A stretch of DNA of 58,887 nt, taken from assembly GCA_964454035.1 (NCBI GenBank), contig CAYVQV010000001.1, positions 1 through 58,887 of the forward strand, given 5' to 3'. The notes under the pieces are model-generated. The model was not told where the DNA came from and ran no database searches. It was given only the letters and a program-made list of their open reading frames with translations. The DNA comes from an uncultured Candidatus Nitrosopelagicus sp. (GTDB lineage Archaea; Thermoproteota; Nitrososphaeria; Nitrososphaerales; Nitrosopumilaceae). The translations under genes and the position numbers were made by a program. Positions 19,620 through 29,495 of the stretch are shown here, one piece after another (position 1 is the stretch's first letter; every line of letters starts with the position of its first letter).

Positions 19620-20608
19620 AAAAAGTTATCAAGTGATGATTCACGAAGTGGCTGTGCAGAAAATCCTAAACTATTTAGATCTTTTGAAAACTCATCGACA
19701 AATCCATGAATAGTAAAAATCTGCTCAGCTTCTGAGCGTTTAACAAGTTCTAACAGTTCATTGTAATCACAATGATCACTTAGTGGTATAGAATAATCAG
19801 CCCCCCTAGAAAATCCAAATTTTGTTGATTTTGCCCATCCACTAAATCCTATAGTTACTGCATCATATTTCAATCTCATATGTTTAATAAAATTATTTTT
19901 TGCACTCATCATAGGTGCTATCATTATCCAAGGTTTTTTTTCTAACAGTCCTTCTGATTCAGCCTCAGTATGACCCATTGCTTCCTTTAATGGAATCCCA
20001 AGTGAACGATGTAAATCATTCATCTTTTTAACAGAATCATGATAAAATATTGGTTCCCAATTATTGAATAGTTGGGATATTGTTTGTGCCTTCCCTAATT
20101 CGTAACCAAGTAAGATTACAGGTTTCCCTTTAGAATACAAATTTGAAATTATTTCATTCACTTGCTTAACAACATCATCCACTGAAGGTAGAATAAATTC
20201 AGGTAATCCAAATGTACATTCCATGATAAGAGTTTTACATTTTGGTATCTTGGCACCTTTTAGAAATCCACGATCACGTAAAGAAATATCACCAGTATAA
20301 AAAATATCATCAAAAAATAATCCCATTGAACCGAAAATATGACCACTGTCTACCAATGTGAAATTTTCAAGCGTCTCAGTGGAATTTTCAAGCGTATAAC
20401 CCCTTAATTTTGCAATTTTGCTAGTTACACTAGAAGATAAAATCGTGCCTGTGCCACTACTGGGAAGATGATCAATATGTGCATGAGAAACAAAATTTAC
20501 GCCATTATCTCGAATTTTTTTTGGATCTAAAAAAACAGATGAAGAGCCAGTTATACATTCAATTCCATTTTTTGTTAATCTAATATTACTCAATATACTG
20601 AGTATCAT
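19616..20608 (-). CDS. Metallo-beta-lactamase fold (beta-CASP-like) exonuclease
   Basis: SHAHIDH, SGHIFGS, YTGD, ECTFG and LSDHCD motifs. Confidence 0.85.
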   Translation of the reverse strand: MILSILSNIRLTKNGIECITGSSSVFLDPKKIRDNGVNFVSHAHIDHLPSSGTGTILSSSVTSKIAKLRGYTLENSTETLENFTLVDSGHIFGSMGLFFDDIFYTGDISLRDRGFLKGAKIPKCKTLIMECTFGLPEFILPSVDDVVKQVNEIISNLYSKGKPVILLGYELGKAQTISQLFNNWEPIFYHDSVKKMNDLHRSLGIPLKEAMGHTEAESEGLLEKKPWIMIAPMMSAKNNFIKHMRLKYDAVTIGFSGWAKSTKFGFSRGADYSIPLSDHCDYNELLELVKRSEAEQIFTIHGFVDEFSKDLNSLGFSAQPLRESSLDNFF

Positions 20609-20683
20609 CGTTTTAATTATAAATTACAAGTTTGATCGAATGTTAACATAGCGTTTAATTTAACGCATAATTATAATCAAACA

Positions 20684-21304
20684 TTGCAGAATTTAGGAAT
20701 TTTAATTTCTGGTAGAGGTAGTAACATGGAGGCAATTCTAAAGGCAATAAAAAAACAGAAAATTCCAATAAAACCAGCTATAGTCATTTCTAACAAATTA
20801 AATGCAAAAGGATTAACTATTGCAAAAAAACTTGATGTTCCAATAGAGGTTATAGAAAGTAGTGAATACAAAGGAAAAAGAGTGCAGTATGATAAAAAAA
20901 TAATATCAGTATTAAAAAAATATAAAGTTACACCAACAAATGGGCTTGTCTGTTTAGCAGGATTTATGAGAGTTATCAGTCCATATTTTATTAGACAATA
21001 CAAAAATAGAATTTTAAATATTCATCCTGCACTACTACCTGCGTTTCCAGGATTAAATGCACAAAAACAAGCAATAGAATTTGGTGCTAAATTTTCTGGA
21101 TGCACGGTTCATTTTGTAGATGAAGGAGTAGATACAGGACCTATTATTTTACAAGAGATAGTTCCAATTAAAAACACTGACACGGAAAAAATATTATCAA
21201 AGAAGATTCTTGCAAAAGAGCATAAAATTTATCCAAAAGCAGTTAGTCTTTTTGCTAGGAAAAAAATCTCTGTTAAAGGCAGACATGTAAAAATTTCAAG
21301 TTAG
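20684..21304 (+). CDS. purN: Phosphoribosylglycinamide formyltransferase
   Basis: ISGRGSNM, LAGFMR, LNIHPALLP and GCTVHFVDEGVDTGP motifs. Confidence 0.97.
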   Translation: MQNLGILISGRGSNMEAILKAIKKQKIPIKPAIVISNKLNAKGLTIAKKLDVPIEVIESSEYKGKRVQYDKKIISVLKKYKVTPTNGLVCLAGFMRVISPYFIRQYKNRILNIHPALLPAFPGLNAQKQAIEFGAKFSGCTVHFVDEGVDTGPIILQEIVPIKNTDTEKILSKKILAKEHKIYPKAVSLFARKKISVKGRHVKISS

Positions 21305-21633
21305 TTTTTAGATCCACCAAAAAAATACAACACAACAAGTTTCTTCTTATTTCCAAAAAAGAAATGTTCTACATCTTTTGGTACAAAAAATGCCTTTCCA
21401 TTTTTCAGTGCATAGTTTTTTTTTCTTATTTTCAAAAAACCATCACCTTCTACCACATAATACATTTCATCTGAATTATGTGGAAGTTGAGTATCTTCTT
21501 CACCAGGATTTAATACTAAAACACCTGTTTCGAGATTTTTGTTACTAAAAAAAGTATGAAAATATGAATTAGTGTTTTTTATTTTTTTAATTGATTCAAT
21601 AGTATCGTATTCGAATTTCATGTCATTCAGCAA
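21301..21633 (-). CDS. Cupin domain protein (probable start 21621)
   Basis: QLPHNSDEMYYVVEG and FVPKDVEHFF motifs. Confidence 0.88.
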   Translation of the reverse strand: MLNDMKFEYDTIESIKKIKNTNSYFHTFFSNKNLETGVLVLNPGEEDTQLPHNSDEMYYVVEGDGFLKIRKKNYALKNGKAFFVPKDVEHFFFGNKKKLVVLYFFGGSKN

Positions 21634-21907
21634 TTATTTGATAAAATTGTGGTTTAGGTGAACTCAGCATAAAATCACTAAGTTCTGAGTGAAGATTTGT
21701 ATGTTCGGGGCTTTTGTGCATGATTCTGAATAATTCAACATTTTCAAACTCAACTACTATACGTTTAGACCCATCTTCTCCTTCAAGCAACCTTCTAGAA
21801 ATAAAACCATCAAATTTTGAGAGAGTCCTATTTGAATTAGAAAACCACGTTTTAAACTCTAATATTTTTTCTTCTTTGAGACTAACATCTACGATTGCAA
21901 CAAACAT
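21623..21907 (-). CDS. Antibiotic biosynthesis monooxygenase (ABM/IsdG-like) protein
   Basis: FDGFISRRLL and HKSPEH motifs in a ferredoxin-like 94-aa protein. Confidence 0.8.
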   Translation of the reverse strand: MFVAIVDVSLKEEKILEFKTWFSNSNRTLSKFDGFISRRLLEGEDGSKRIVVEFENVELFRIMHKSPEHTNLHSELSDFMLSSPKPQFYQIIAE

Positions 21908-21969
21908 ACAGTTAGTTTTTGTTTACTAAATAATTTCTTTTCTATGATTTTCAATGATTTATTACTCGC

Positions 21970-22857
21970 ATGAGGAATTTACCAGCATTGACAGGAACAA
22001 AAATAGATGGTTTAGAAGTTGCAAAAAGTGTCAAAACTAAAGTGGCAGAAATTGTAAAAGATTTAAAATTAAAAGAAATAACACCATGTCTTGCAACTAT
22101 TGTTGTAGGAGATAATCCAGCATCTGCAACATATGTTAGAAATAAGCATAAAGCATGTGAAGAAGTTGGAATACTAACAAAAGATCATACACTTTCAAAT
22201 GATATAAGCCAAGAAGAACTAAATGACCTAATTGAAAAATTAAACCAAGATGAAGCAGTACATGGAATTCTTGTACAATTACCTCTACCAAATCATCTAA
22301 ATGAATTTAATACAACAACTCAAATTTTACCTGAAAAAGATATTGATGGTCTTACACCAACAAATGTAGGTCTACTTGCAATTGGAAAAGCAATTCTCAT
22401 AGCTTGTACACCATCTGGAATTATTGAAATGTGTAAGTATTATAATATTGAACTGGAAGGAAAAAATATTACAATAATTAATCGTAGTAATTTGGTAGGA
22501 AAACCGCTGTTTCATCTTTTGCTACAAAACAATGCAACTGTAACAACATGTCATTCAAAAACTAAAGATCTAAAACAGATTTGTCTCAATTCAGATATTA
22601 TAATTACAGGTGTAGGAAATCGTGAAATTTTCAAATTAACGCCTGATATGATAAAACAAGACGCAGTTGTAATTGATGTTGCAACAACAAGATATGAAGG
22701 AAAATTAGTAGGTGATGCTGATTTTTCAGATATAATTGAAAAAGCATTATTTGCATCACCTGTTCCAGGTGGTGTGGGTCCAATGACAGTTGCAATGCTT
22801 TTGAAGAATACTGTTACTGCAGCTTCATTGAGTAAAGGAATTGACATCAAATACTGA
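21970..22857 (+). CDS. folD: Methylene-THF dehydrogenase/cyclohydrolase (start may be TTG 21988)
   Basis: YVRNKHKAC, GILVQLPLP, KDIDG, RSNLVGKP and PVPGGVGPMT motifs. Confidence 0.97.
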   Translation: MRNLPALTGTKIDGLEVAKSVKTKVAEIVKDLKLKEITPCLATIVVGDNPASATYVRNKHKACEEVGILTKDHTLSNDISQEELNDLIEKLNQDEAVHGILVQLPLPNHLNEFNTTTQILPEKDIDGLTPTNVGLLAIGKAILIACTPSGIIEMCKYYNIELEGKNITIINRSNLVGKPLFHLLLQNNATVTTCHSKTKDLKQICLNSDIIITGVGNREIFKLTPDMIKQDAVVIDVATTRYEGKLVGDADFSDIIEKALFASPVPGGVGPMTVAMLLKNTVTAASLSKGIDIKY

Positions 22858-23401
22858 AAAAGATGCTTTACGAAAGCATCTTTTAGAAAAAAGAGATTCT
22901 TTATCATTTGATCTAATCCAGATTCATAGTAAGAGAATTCTTTCAAAATTAAAAAAAATGCAAGTTTTCTCAGACGCAGAATCAATTGGATGCTATTACT
23001 CAATTGGAAGTGAAGTCCTTACTGATAATATAATTAAAAACCTCTTAGATGCAAAAAAGACAGTCACATTACCCAGGATTTCAGAGAATACAATGGATTT
23101 TAGGAAAATTGAACATGTGAAAAACCTTGAAAAAAATAACTTTGATATTCCAGAACCAAAGGAGAATTGTCCTATTCAGAAAAAGCATGATGTTATACTA
23201 GTTCCATCCATAGGTTTGGATGGAAAAGGTAACAGAATTGGATATGGTCATGGATTTTATGACAGATATCTTACAAAAAATGAATCAGTAAAAATTGCGC
23301 TAACATATTCCAAACAAATTGTAAAATCAATTCCAATATCAGATGATGATGTTAAGATGGATTGGATTGTAACAGAAACAGACGTAATTAAAATATCATA
23401 A
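22841..23401 (+). CDS. 5-formyltetrahydrofolate cyclo-ligase
   Basis: SEV, IPEP, DVILVP, RIGYGHGFYDRYL and DVKMDWIVTE motifs. Confidence 0.93.
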   Translation: MTSNTEKDALRKHLLEKRDSLSFDLIQIHSKRILSKLKKMQVFSDAESIGCYYSIGSEVLTDNIIKNLLDAKKTVTLPRISENTMDFRKIEHVKNLEKNNFDIPEPKENCPIQKKHDVILVPSIGLDGKGNRIGYGHGFYDRYLTKNESVKIALTYSKQIVKSIPISDDDVKMDWIVTETDVIKIS

Positions 23402-24658
23402 ATAGGAAAGTCCCTTTTTTCCTATATCATTTCTATGATATTTGTTGTTCCAATGAATTTTTTCTGCGGCAGTATATGCGTTAGTTATAGCATCTTTTAG
23501 TGTAGAACCTAATGCAGTAATACCTAAAACACGCCCACCGTTTGATAAAATTTTTCCATCTTGGTTTTTGGTACCTGCATGAAATACAAAAGAACCATCA
23601 GGCATGTCATCTAGTCCAGTGATCTCATCATCTTTGGTGTATGATTCAGGATAACCATTTGATGCAAGAACAACACAAACTGCAAAATCATCTTTCCAAG
23701 AAATTTTTGGCAAGTCGTTTAGTCCTCCTTCAGATGCCGCTTTAAGATACTGGTATAAATCAGAATTCAACCTCATTATTATTGGCTGACATTCAGGATC
23801 ACCCATACGAACATTGTATTCTAAAACATATGGATTACCATCACGAATCATTATTCCTGCATAGAGAAATCCTCTAAATTCAATTCCTTCATCATTCATT
23901 GATGAAATAGTTTTGTTGATTATTTTTTCTTGTATAATAGATGCAAGATGTTCGTTAATTACAGGAGTTGGTGAGTATGCGCCCATCCCACCAGTGTTTG
24001 GACCTTTATCGTCATCGTAAATTCTTTTATGATCTTGACTTGTGGCCATAGGTATTGCAATTTTACCATCACATAATGCAATGTATGATGCCTCAATTCC
24101 ATCAATTCTTTCTTCTATGATAATCTTTGAACCTGCATCTCCAAATGCTTTTTCTGTTAGAATCTTATCAATTGCATTATTTGCCTCATCACAATTACTG
24201 CAAACAATTACTCCTTTTCCAGCTGCCAATCCATCAGCCTTTATTACTACTGGTTTTTGATATGATTTTACAAATTCTTTTGCTTTTTTTGCATCATCAA
24301 ATATTTCAAAATCAGCTGTTGGTATGTTATTTCTTTTCATAAACTGTTTAGCCCAAATTTTACTAGATTCTAATTGTGCAGCCTGTTTTGATGGACCAAA
24401 TACAGGTAGATTTTTTTCAGTGAATTTGTCAACTAGACCATTTGCCAAAGGGGCTTCAGGACCAACTATGGTAAAACAATTTTTTTCTTGAGCAAAATTT
24501 GCCAATTCTTCTAAATCATCTACAGATATTGCAATATTTTGTGACGTACCGCCATTTCCAGGTGCAACATAAACTTGATCAACTAAATCAGACTGGGATA
24601 ACTTCCAAGACAGTGAGTGTTCACGTCCTCCTGACCCAATAACTAAAACATTAACCAC
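23396..24658 (-). CDS. purD: Phosphoribosylamine--glycine ligase (probable start GTG 24658; ORF track extends to 24733)
   Basis: VLVIGSGGREH, APGNGG, KADGLAAGKGV, QDHKR, GPNTGGMGAY and EYNVRMGDPE motifs. Confidence 0.97.
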   Translation of the reverse strand: MVNVLVIGSGGREHSLSWKLSQSDLVDQVYVAPGNGGTSQNIAISVDDLEELANFAQEKNCFTIVGPEAPLANGLVDKFTEKNLPVFGPSKQAAQLESSKIWAKQFMKRNNIPTADFEIFDDAKKAKEFVKSYQKPVVIKADGLAAGKGVIVCSNCDEANNAIDKILTEKAFGDAGSKIIIEERIDGIEASYIALCDGKIAIPMATSQDHKRIYDDDKGPNTGGMGAYSPTPVINEHLASIIQEKIINKTISSMNDEGIEFRGFLYAGIMIRDGNPYVLEYNVRMGDPECQPIIMRLNSDLYQYLKAASEGGLNDLPKISWKDDFAVCVVLASNGYPESYTKDDEITGLDDMPDGSFVFHAGTKNQDGKILSNGGRVLGITALGSTLKDAITNAYTAAEKIHWNNKYHRNDIGKKGLSYL

Positions 24659-24741
24659 AAAATTATAATTTGATTCTGATATATATTTCCAAGAATTATT
24701 GATACTCATATTCATATAGAGATAATGTTCCAATCGGATAG

Positions 24742-27700
24742 ATGGAACTAGTTGATAAATTCGATATCAAGCAAATTGAAAAAAACGTCAAGGAACACTT
24801 GAAAACACAAGATACACTTGACCTAATCTCAAAATCACCTGACAAAAATAACGAAATTATGTTCATCGAAGGTCCACCTACAATGAATGGAAAACCACAT
24901 GCAGGTCATCTGCGTGGACGTGTATTCAAGGATTTATGGTATAGATACAACGTATTGTCTGGAAACAATGTAACATTCAACGCAGGATGGGATACACAAG
25001 GTTTGCCAGTAGAACTGCAAGCTGAAAAAGAACTTGGTATAGAAAAAGGAAGAAAAGAGGACAGAACTGAAGAAGAGATTAAGGAACTAGTATCAGCATG
25101 TAAAAAAATCATAGAAAAATATCATAATGATTGGATAAATGCAGACCAACAACTTGGTGTATCATTAAATCAAAAAAACGCATACTGGACATACAAAGAT
25201 GAGTTTATTGAAAAAGAGTGGAAAATGCTAAAACAGGCACATCAAAATGGAATTCTAACTGAAGGACATAGAGTAGTTGCATACTGCCCTAGTTGCCTAA
25301 CATCACTAAGTCATTCAGAAGTAAACCAAGGATACGATATTGTAAAAGATCCGTCGTTATATTACAAAGTAAAACTTGCAGACGAAGAGAAATTTTTGAT
25401 TGTTTGGACTACAATGCCATTTACACTTGTAACAGATGCAATGGTAGGACTAAATCCAAAAGAGGAATATGTCGAAGTTACAGTAAATGATGAGACATGG
25501 ATTGTAGGAAAAATCAGATTAGAAGAATTCATGACAGAAGTAAAAGTTGATGATTATAAAATACAAAAAACATTTTTGGGATCTGAAATGGAAGGAAGAA
25601 AATACATCCATCCATTATTAGATGAAATTCCAAAACTAGCAGAAATTGCAAAACAGGATAACTATCACATAACTGTTGCAGAAAATTTTGTAGATGTAAA
25701 CACTGGTACTGGTCTTGTTCATCTATCCCCAGCAAACGGTGAGGAAGACCACAATATTGCAACAAAAAGAGGAGTTACAATTTTTTCACCTATCAATGAT
25801 CAGGTAATATTTACAGAAGACGCTGGAAAATATTCAGGACTGTTTGTAAGAGATGCTGATGAAAAACTGGTAGATGCAATAAAAGAAAAAAATGCACTAG
25901 TAAAAATTGGTAAGATTAAACACAAATATCCACTATGCTGGCGCTGCAACCACGGTTTGATTTGGCTTGCACGAAGAGAATTTTTCTATATGCTTGATAG
26001 ATTAGGAGACAAGGCAATCAAAGCAGCCGAAGATGTAGAATACTTTTTTGAGCAACCAAAAAATAGATTTTTAGAAATTATCAAAGAAAAACATCCATGG
26101 TGTATATCACGAGAAAGATTCTGGGGATGTCCAATACCTATCTGGAATTGCAAGGAATGTGGTAACATAGAAAGACTGTTTTCAAGAAAAGAAATCGTAG
26201 AGGCTGCATCTGAATTACCAGACGGAGAAAACTTTGAACTTCACAGACCTTGGATTGACAACATTGTAATCAAGTGTAAAAAATGTGATGCAAAAATGCA
26301 AAGAGAAGAATTTGTACTAGATACATGGCATAACAGCGGCTCTGCACCATTTTCATCATTAGATGAGGCACAATACAAGGAAAAAATCCCTGCTCCATTT
26401 TTCACAGAGGGAATTGATCAGACCAGAGGATGGGCATACACACTGCTAATTGAAAATGTCATTTACAACAATGCAGCAGTTTCCCCATACAAGTCATTTT
26501 TGTTTCAGGGACACGTACTAGATGAAGATGGAAACAAGATGAGCAAAAGTAAAGGAAATGTCTTAGAGGCATCAGAACTATTAGAAAATTATCCAGCAGA
26601 TTTAGTGAGATTTTATTTTATGTGGAAGGCAAGTCCAATTGAGCCGTTAAACTTTAGCACCAAAGAGCTCATGTCAAGACCGTATCAGGTCATCAGCACT
26701 CTATATCATCTGCATACATTTTACAAACAAAATAGCGAGTACGACAAATTTGACATAAATGAATCAACTGTAGAATGGGCAAAGAAAAACAATTTGTTAA
26801 CACCACCTGATATCTGGCTTTTATCAAAACTTCAAAGAATGGTACAGAAGACAACAGAGACAAATGATGGATGCAAGTTCCATGAATCAGCAAAAGCAAT
26901 AGAGGACTTTTTGATAAACTCACTTAGCCAGATTTACATTCCAATTACAAAATCAGAATTATGGGACGAAGATGATTCAAAAAAAGACAGACGCTTTACG
27001 ATATATGCAATTCTTGCAAAGACACTCAAGACAATTGACATACTAATTCATCCATTTTCTCCATTTACAACACAGTATCTTTACAGTGCAATATTTGGTG
27101 CAAAAGAAAACATTCTACTTGAAAGCTGGCCAAAACAAGATACATCATTAATTGATGAAAAAATTGAAGAGTCATTTGACTTACTAAAAGAGGTAGTTTC
27201 AGTTGCAGCCGCTGCTAGAATGAAAGGAAAACTAAAAAGAAGATGGCCATTAAATGAGGCAATAATTTGTCTTGGAAAAGATCAGAAAAATGTCTTAGAG
27301 TCACTTTCTGAACTAGTAAAGTCACAGATGAACATTCAAAATTACAAAATTTTTGAAATTGAAAGTACGGAAGGAATAGAGCAATACCTAGAGTTAAAAC
27401 AAAATGGACTGCCAGTGATTCCAAAAATTGAATTGGAGCGAAGTGCAATTGGACCAAAAGCAAAACAAGACATGGGCAAACTTTTAAAAATGTTCTCAGA
27501 GACTGATCCTGAGACAATTATCAATGAACTGAATAGTAATGGTTCGTTTACATTTCAAATCGAGCAAAATTCTATAGTTTTAGACAAGGAGGATTTCATA
27601 GTTGATTTTGATGTTGATGAAAAACACAAATTTGCAAAAAGACCAAATCTGGTAGTCATGATTTCACTTGAACGAGACAATGAAATGATGGCTAAAGGCT

Positions 27701-27942
27701 TGATTAAAGACCTCGCAAGGAGACTTCAGACATTAAGAAAAGAAAGAGGTTTCAATCCAACTGATATCTTATCAAAAGCATCCATTTTAGACCTTGACTC
27801 TGAATCACTTGATTTGATAAAGGAAAAAACTGATGAGATTGCATTTTTAGTTAGAGTCAAACAAGTTGATTTTGAAGAATCATGCAAAGAATACAAAGAT
27901 GACGACATTGATGGCATGAAAATTCGTATTTCTGTGGAATAA
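24742..27942 (+). CDS. ileS: Isoleucine--tRNA ligase
   Basis: EGPPTMNGKPHAGH, GWDTQGLPVE, WTTMPFTL, GTGLVH, WCISRERFWG, EGIDQTRGW and KMSKS motifs. Confidence 0.96.
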   Translation: MELVDKFDIKQIEKNVKEHLKTQDTLDLISKSPDKNNEIMFIEGPPTMNGKPHAGHLRGRVFKDLWYRYNVLSGNNVTFNAGWDTQGLPVELQAEKELGIEKGRKEDRTEEEIKELVSACKKIIEKYHNDWINADQQLGVSLNQKNAYWTYKDEFIEKEWKMLKQAHQNGILTEGHRVVAYCPSCLTSLSHSEVNQGYDIVKDPSLYYKVKLADEEKFLIVWTTMPFTLVTDAMVGLNPKEEYVEVTVNDETWIVGKIRLEEFMTEVKVDDYKIQKTFLGSEMEGRKYIHPLLDEIPKLAEIAKQDNYHITVAENFVDVNTGTGLVHLSPANGEEDHNIATKRGVTIFSPINDQVIFTEDAGKYSGLFVRDADEKLVDAIKEKNALVKIGKIKHKYPLCWRCNHGLIWLARREFFYMLDRLGDKAIKAAEDVEYFFEQPKNRFLEIIKEKHPWCISRERFWGCPIPIWNCKECGNIERLFSRKEIVEAASELPDGENFELHRPWIDNIVIKCKKCDAKMQREEFVLDTWHNSGSAPFSSLDEAQYKEKIPAPFFTEGIDQTRGWAYTLLIENVIYNNAAVSPYKSFLFQGHVLDEDGNKMSKSKGNVLEASELLENYPADLVRFYFMWKASPIEPLNFSTKELMSRPYQVISTLYHLHTFYKQNSEYDKFDINESTVEWAKKNNLLTPPDIWLLSKLQRMVQKTTETNDGCKFHESAKAIEDFLINSLSQIYIPITKSELWDEDDSKKDRRFTIYAILAKTLKTIDILIHPFSPFTTQYLYSAIFGAKENILLESWPKQDTSLIDEKIEESFDLLKEVVSVAAAARMKGKLKRRWPLNEAIICLGKDQKNVLESLSELVKSQMNIQNYKIFEIESTEGIEQYLELKQNGLPVIPKIELERSAIGPKAKQDMGKLLKMFSETDPETIINELNSNGSFTFQIEQNSIVLDKEDFIVDFDVDEKHKFAKRPNLVVMISLERDNEMMAKGLIKDLARRLQTLRKERGFNPTDILSKASILDLDSESLDLIKEKTDEIAFLVRVKQVDFEESCKEYKDDDIDGMKIRISVE

Positions 27943-28017
27943 TTGACAAAACCTTGACTATTAATCAAACTAGAGGATACCAAATTAAGTTAAATAGAAA
28001 ATTCGCCATATGAATAC

Positions 28018-28347
28018 ATGGTTAAGCAAATTAGCCTAGATACATGGTCTGTACATCGTTTACACGATCTTTTAGAAAAAGCTACAAAAATCATCATGCA
28101 GACAAATGTACCGATAGTTTTGTACAGAGAAATGCTTGAAGAAAGTGATGATGTATATGAAGAAATAGTATGTACACTAAACCAGGATCATATTGTAGAA
28201 CAAGTCATCATTTCGGGTGGTATGGTAGTTCCAGACATAAAACAACAAATTGTTTTTACAATAGATGATTTCCCAGATAAATTACTGAATAAAAGTAAAG
28301 ATCTTTTTGCACAAGTTGTGGAACAATTAGAAGAACAGTTCAGTTAG
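28018..28347 (+). CDS. Hypothetical protein
   Basis: 109-aa ATG ORF with an upstream TTAAAT element. Confidence 0.75.
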   Translation: MVKQISLDTWSVHRLHDLLEKATKIIMQTNVPIVLYREMLEESDDVYEEIVCTLNQDHIVEQVIISGGMVVPDIKQQIVFTIDDFPDKLLNKSKDLFAQVVEQLEEQFS

Positions 28348-28358
28348 TATCTAACAGA

Positions 28359-28365
28359 TTATAAA
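28359..28365 (+). promoter_or_regulatory. TATA-box candidate for sucCD
   Basis: TTATAAA ends about 24 nt before the ATG at 28389. Confidence 0.5.
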
Positions 28366-28388
28366 GTGTTGATTTAAAACTTGATAAC

Positions 28389-29495
28389 ATGCGACTTTTA
28401 GAATATCAAGCCAAAGAACTTTTTAAAGAATTTGGGATTAAAACTCCTCCAAGTTTTGCATCAACAGATATCGAAAAAGGAAGAAAAGATGCAAAAGAAT
28501 TAGGATATCCATTTGTTATCAAAGTTCAGGTTCCAGTTGGTGGTAGAGGAAAAGCAGGTGGAATTCAAAAATGTAATAGTGATGATGAATTTGAGATAAA
28601 ATATCCTCAGTTACTAAATATGTCAATTAAAGGAGAAAAAACACGTGCAATTCTGCTGGAAAAAATGGCAGATATTGAAAAAGAACTGTATCTATCACTT
28701 TTTCTTAACAGGAGTAAGAGATGCTATACAGTCATTGCGTCATCTGAAGGTGGAGTAGAAATAGAATCAGTAAGAAGTCAGACAATTCGTGAAGTAGGGC
28801 TAGGAGAAGTTGATGATGCCACAGCAAAAGAGGTTGCAAATGAAATCGGACTTCAAGATTCTCAGGAAGAGCAATTTATAGTCATGCTGAAAAAATTATC
28901 AAATCTAACAATAGAGAAAGAAGCAGAACTTGCAGAAATTAATCCACTCGCAATATTAAAAGATGGAACACTGATGGCACTTGATGGTAAAATTATGACA
29001 GATGATAATTCTAATTTTAGACATGAAGAATTACAAAAATATCAAGAAAAATCAGAGCTTGAGGAACAAGCAGAAAAGAGTGGGTTCTCACTTGTTGAGC
29101 TTGATGGAAATATTGCAGTAATTGGAAATGGTGCAGGATTAGTAATGTCAACATTTGATATGCTAAGTGATAACGGTGGTAAGCCTGCTGCATTTCTAGA
29201 TGTTGGCGGTGGTGCCACAACTGAATCAGTTTATGAAGCACTTAGATTAATTAGCAAAATGAAAAGAGTAAAAGGAATTTTAGTTAATCTTTATGGAGGA
29301 ATTGTAAAAACAACAACTGTTGCATCTGCTTTTATTCAGGCATATGATAATAACTTGATAGACATTCCTGTGTTTGCAAGACTAATGGGTACAGAGTCAG
29401 ATAAAGCAAAAGACATGCTTAAAGAAACTAAAACAAAACTGTTTGATTCAATTGAAGAAGCAATTAATGGTGTTGTTATGGAGTCTAACAAATGA
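28389..29495 (+). CDS. sucC: Succinate--CoA ligase beta subunit
   Basis: LLEYQAKELF, GGRGKAGG, EINPL, GNGAGLVM and FLDVGGG motifs. Confidence 0.96.
   Translation: MRLLEYQAKELFKEFGIKTPPSFASTDIEKGRKDAKELGYPFVIKVQVPVGGRGKAGGIQKCNSDDEFEIKYPQLLNMSIKGEKTRAILLEKMADIEKELYLSLFLNRSKRCYTVIASSEGGVEIESVRSQTIREVGLGEVDDATAKEVANEIGLQDSQEEQFIVMLKKLSNLTIEKEAELAEINPLAILKDGTLMALDGKIMTDDNSNFRHEELQKYQEKSELEEQAEKSGFSLVELDGNIAVIGNGAGLVMSTFDMLSDNGGKPAAFLDVGGGATTESVYEALRLISKMKRVKGILVNLYGGIVKTTTVASAFIQAYDNNLIDIPVFARLMGTESDKAKDMLKETKTKLFDSIEEAINGVVMESNK

Noticed and set aside
22551..23003. 150-aa antisense ORF over folD, and the other short antisense/alternate-frame ORFs in the track (e.g. 335-538, 2624-2875, 18530-18907, 39214-39579, 51533-51931, 55411-55779)
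   Set aside because: They overlap well-supported genes and show no recognisable motifs.
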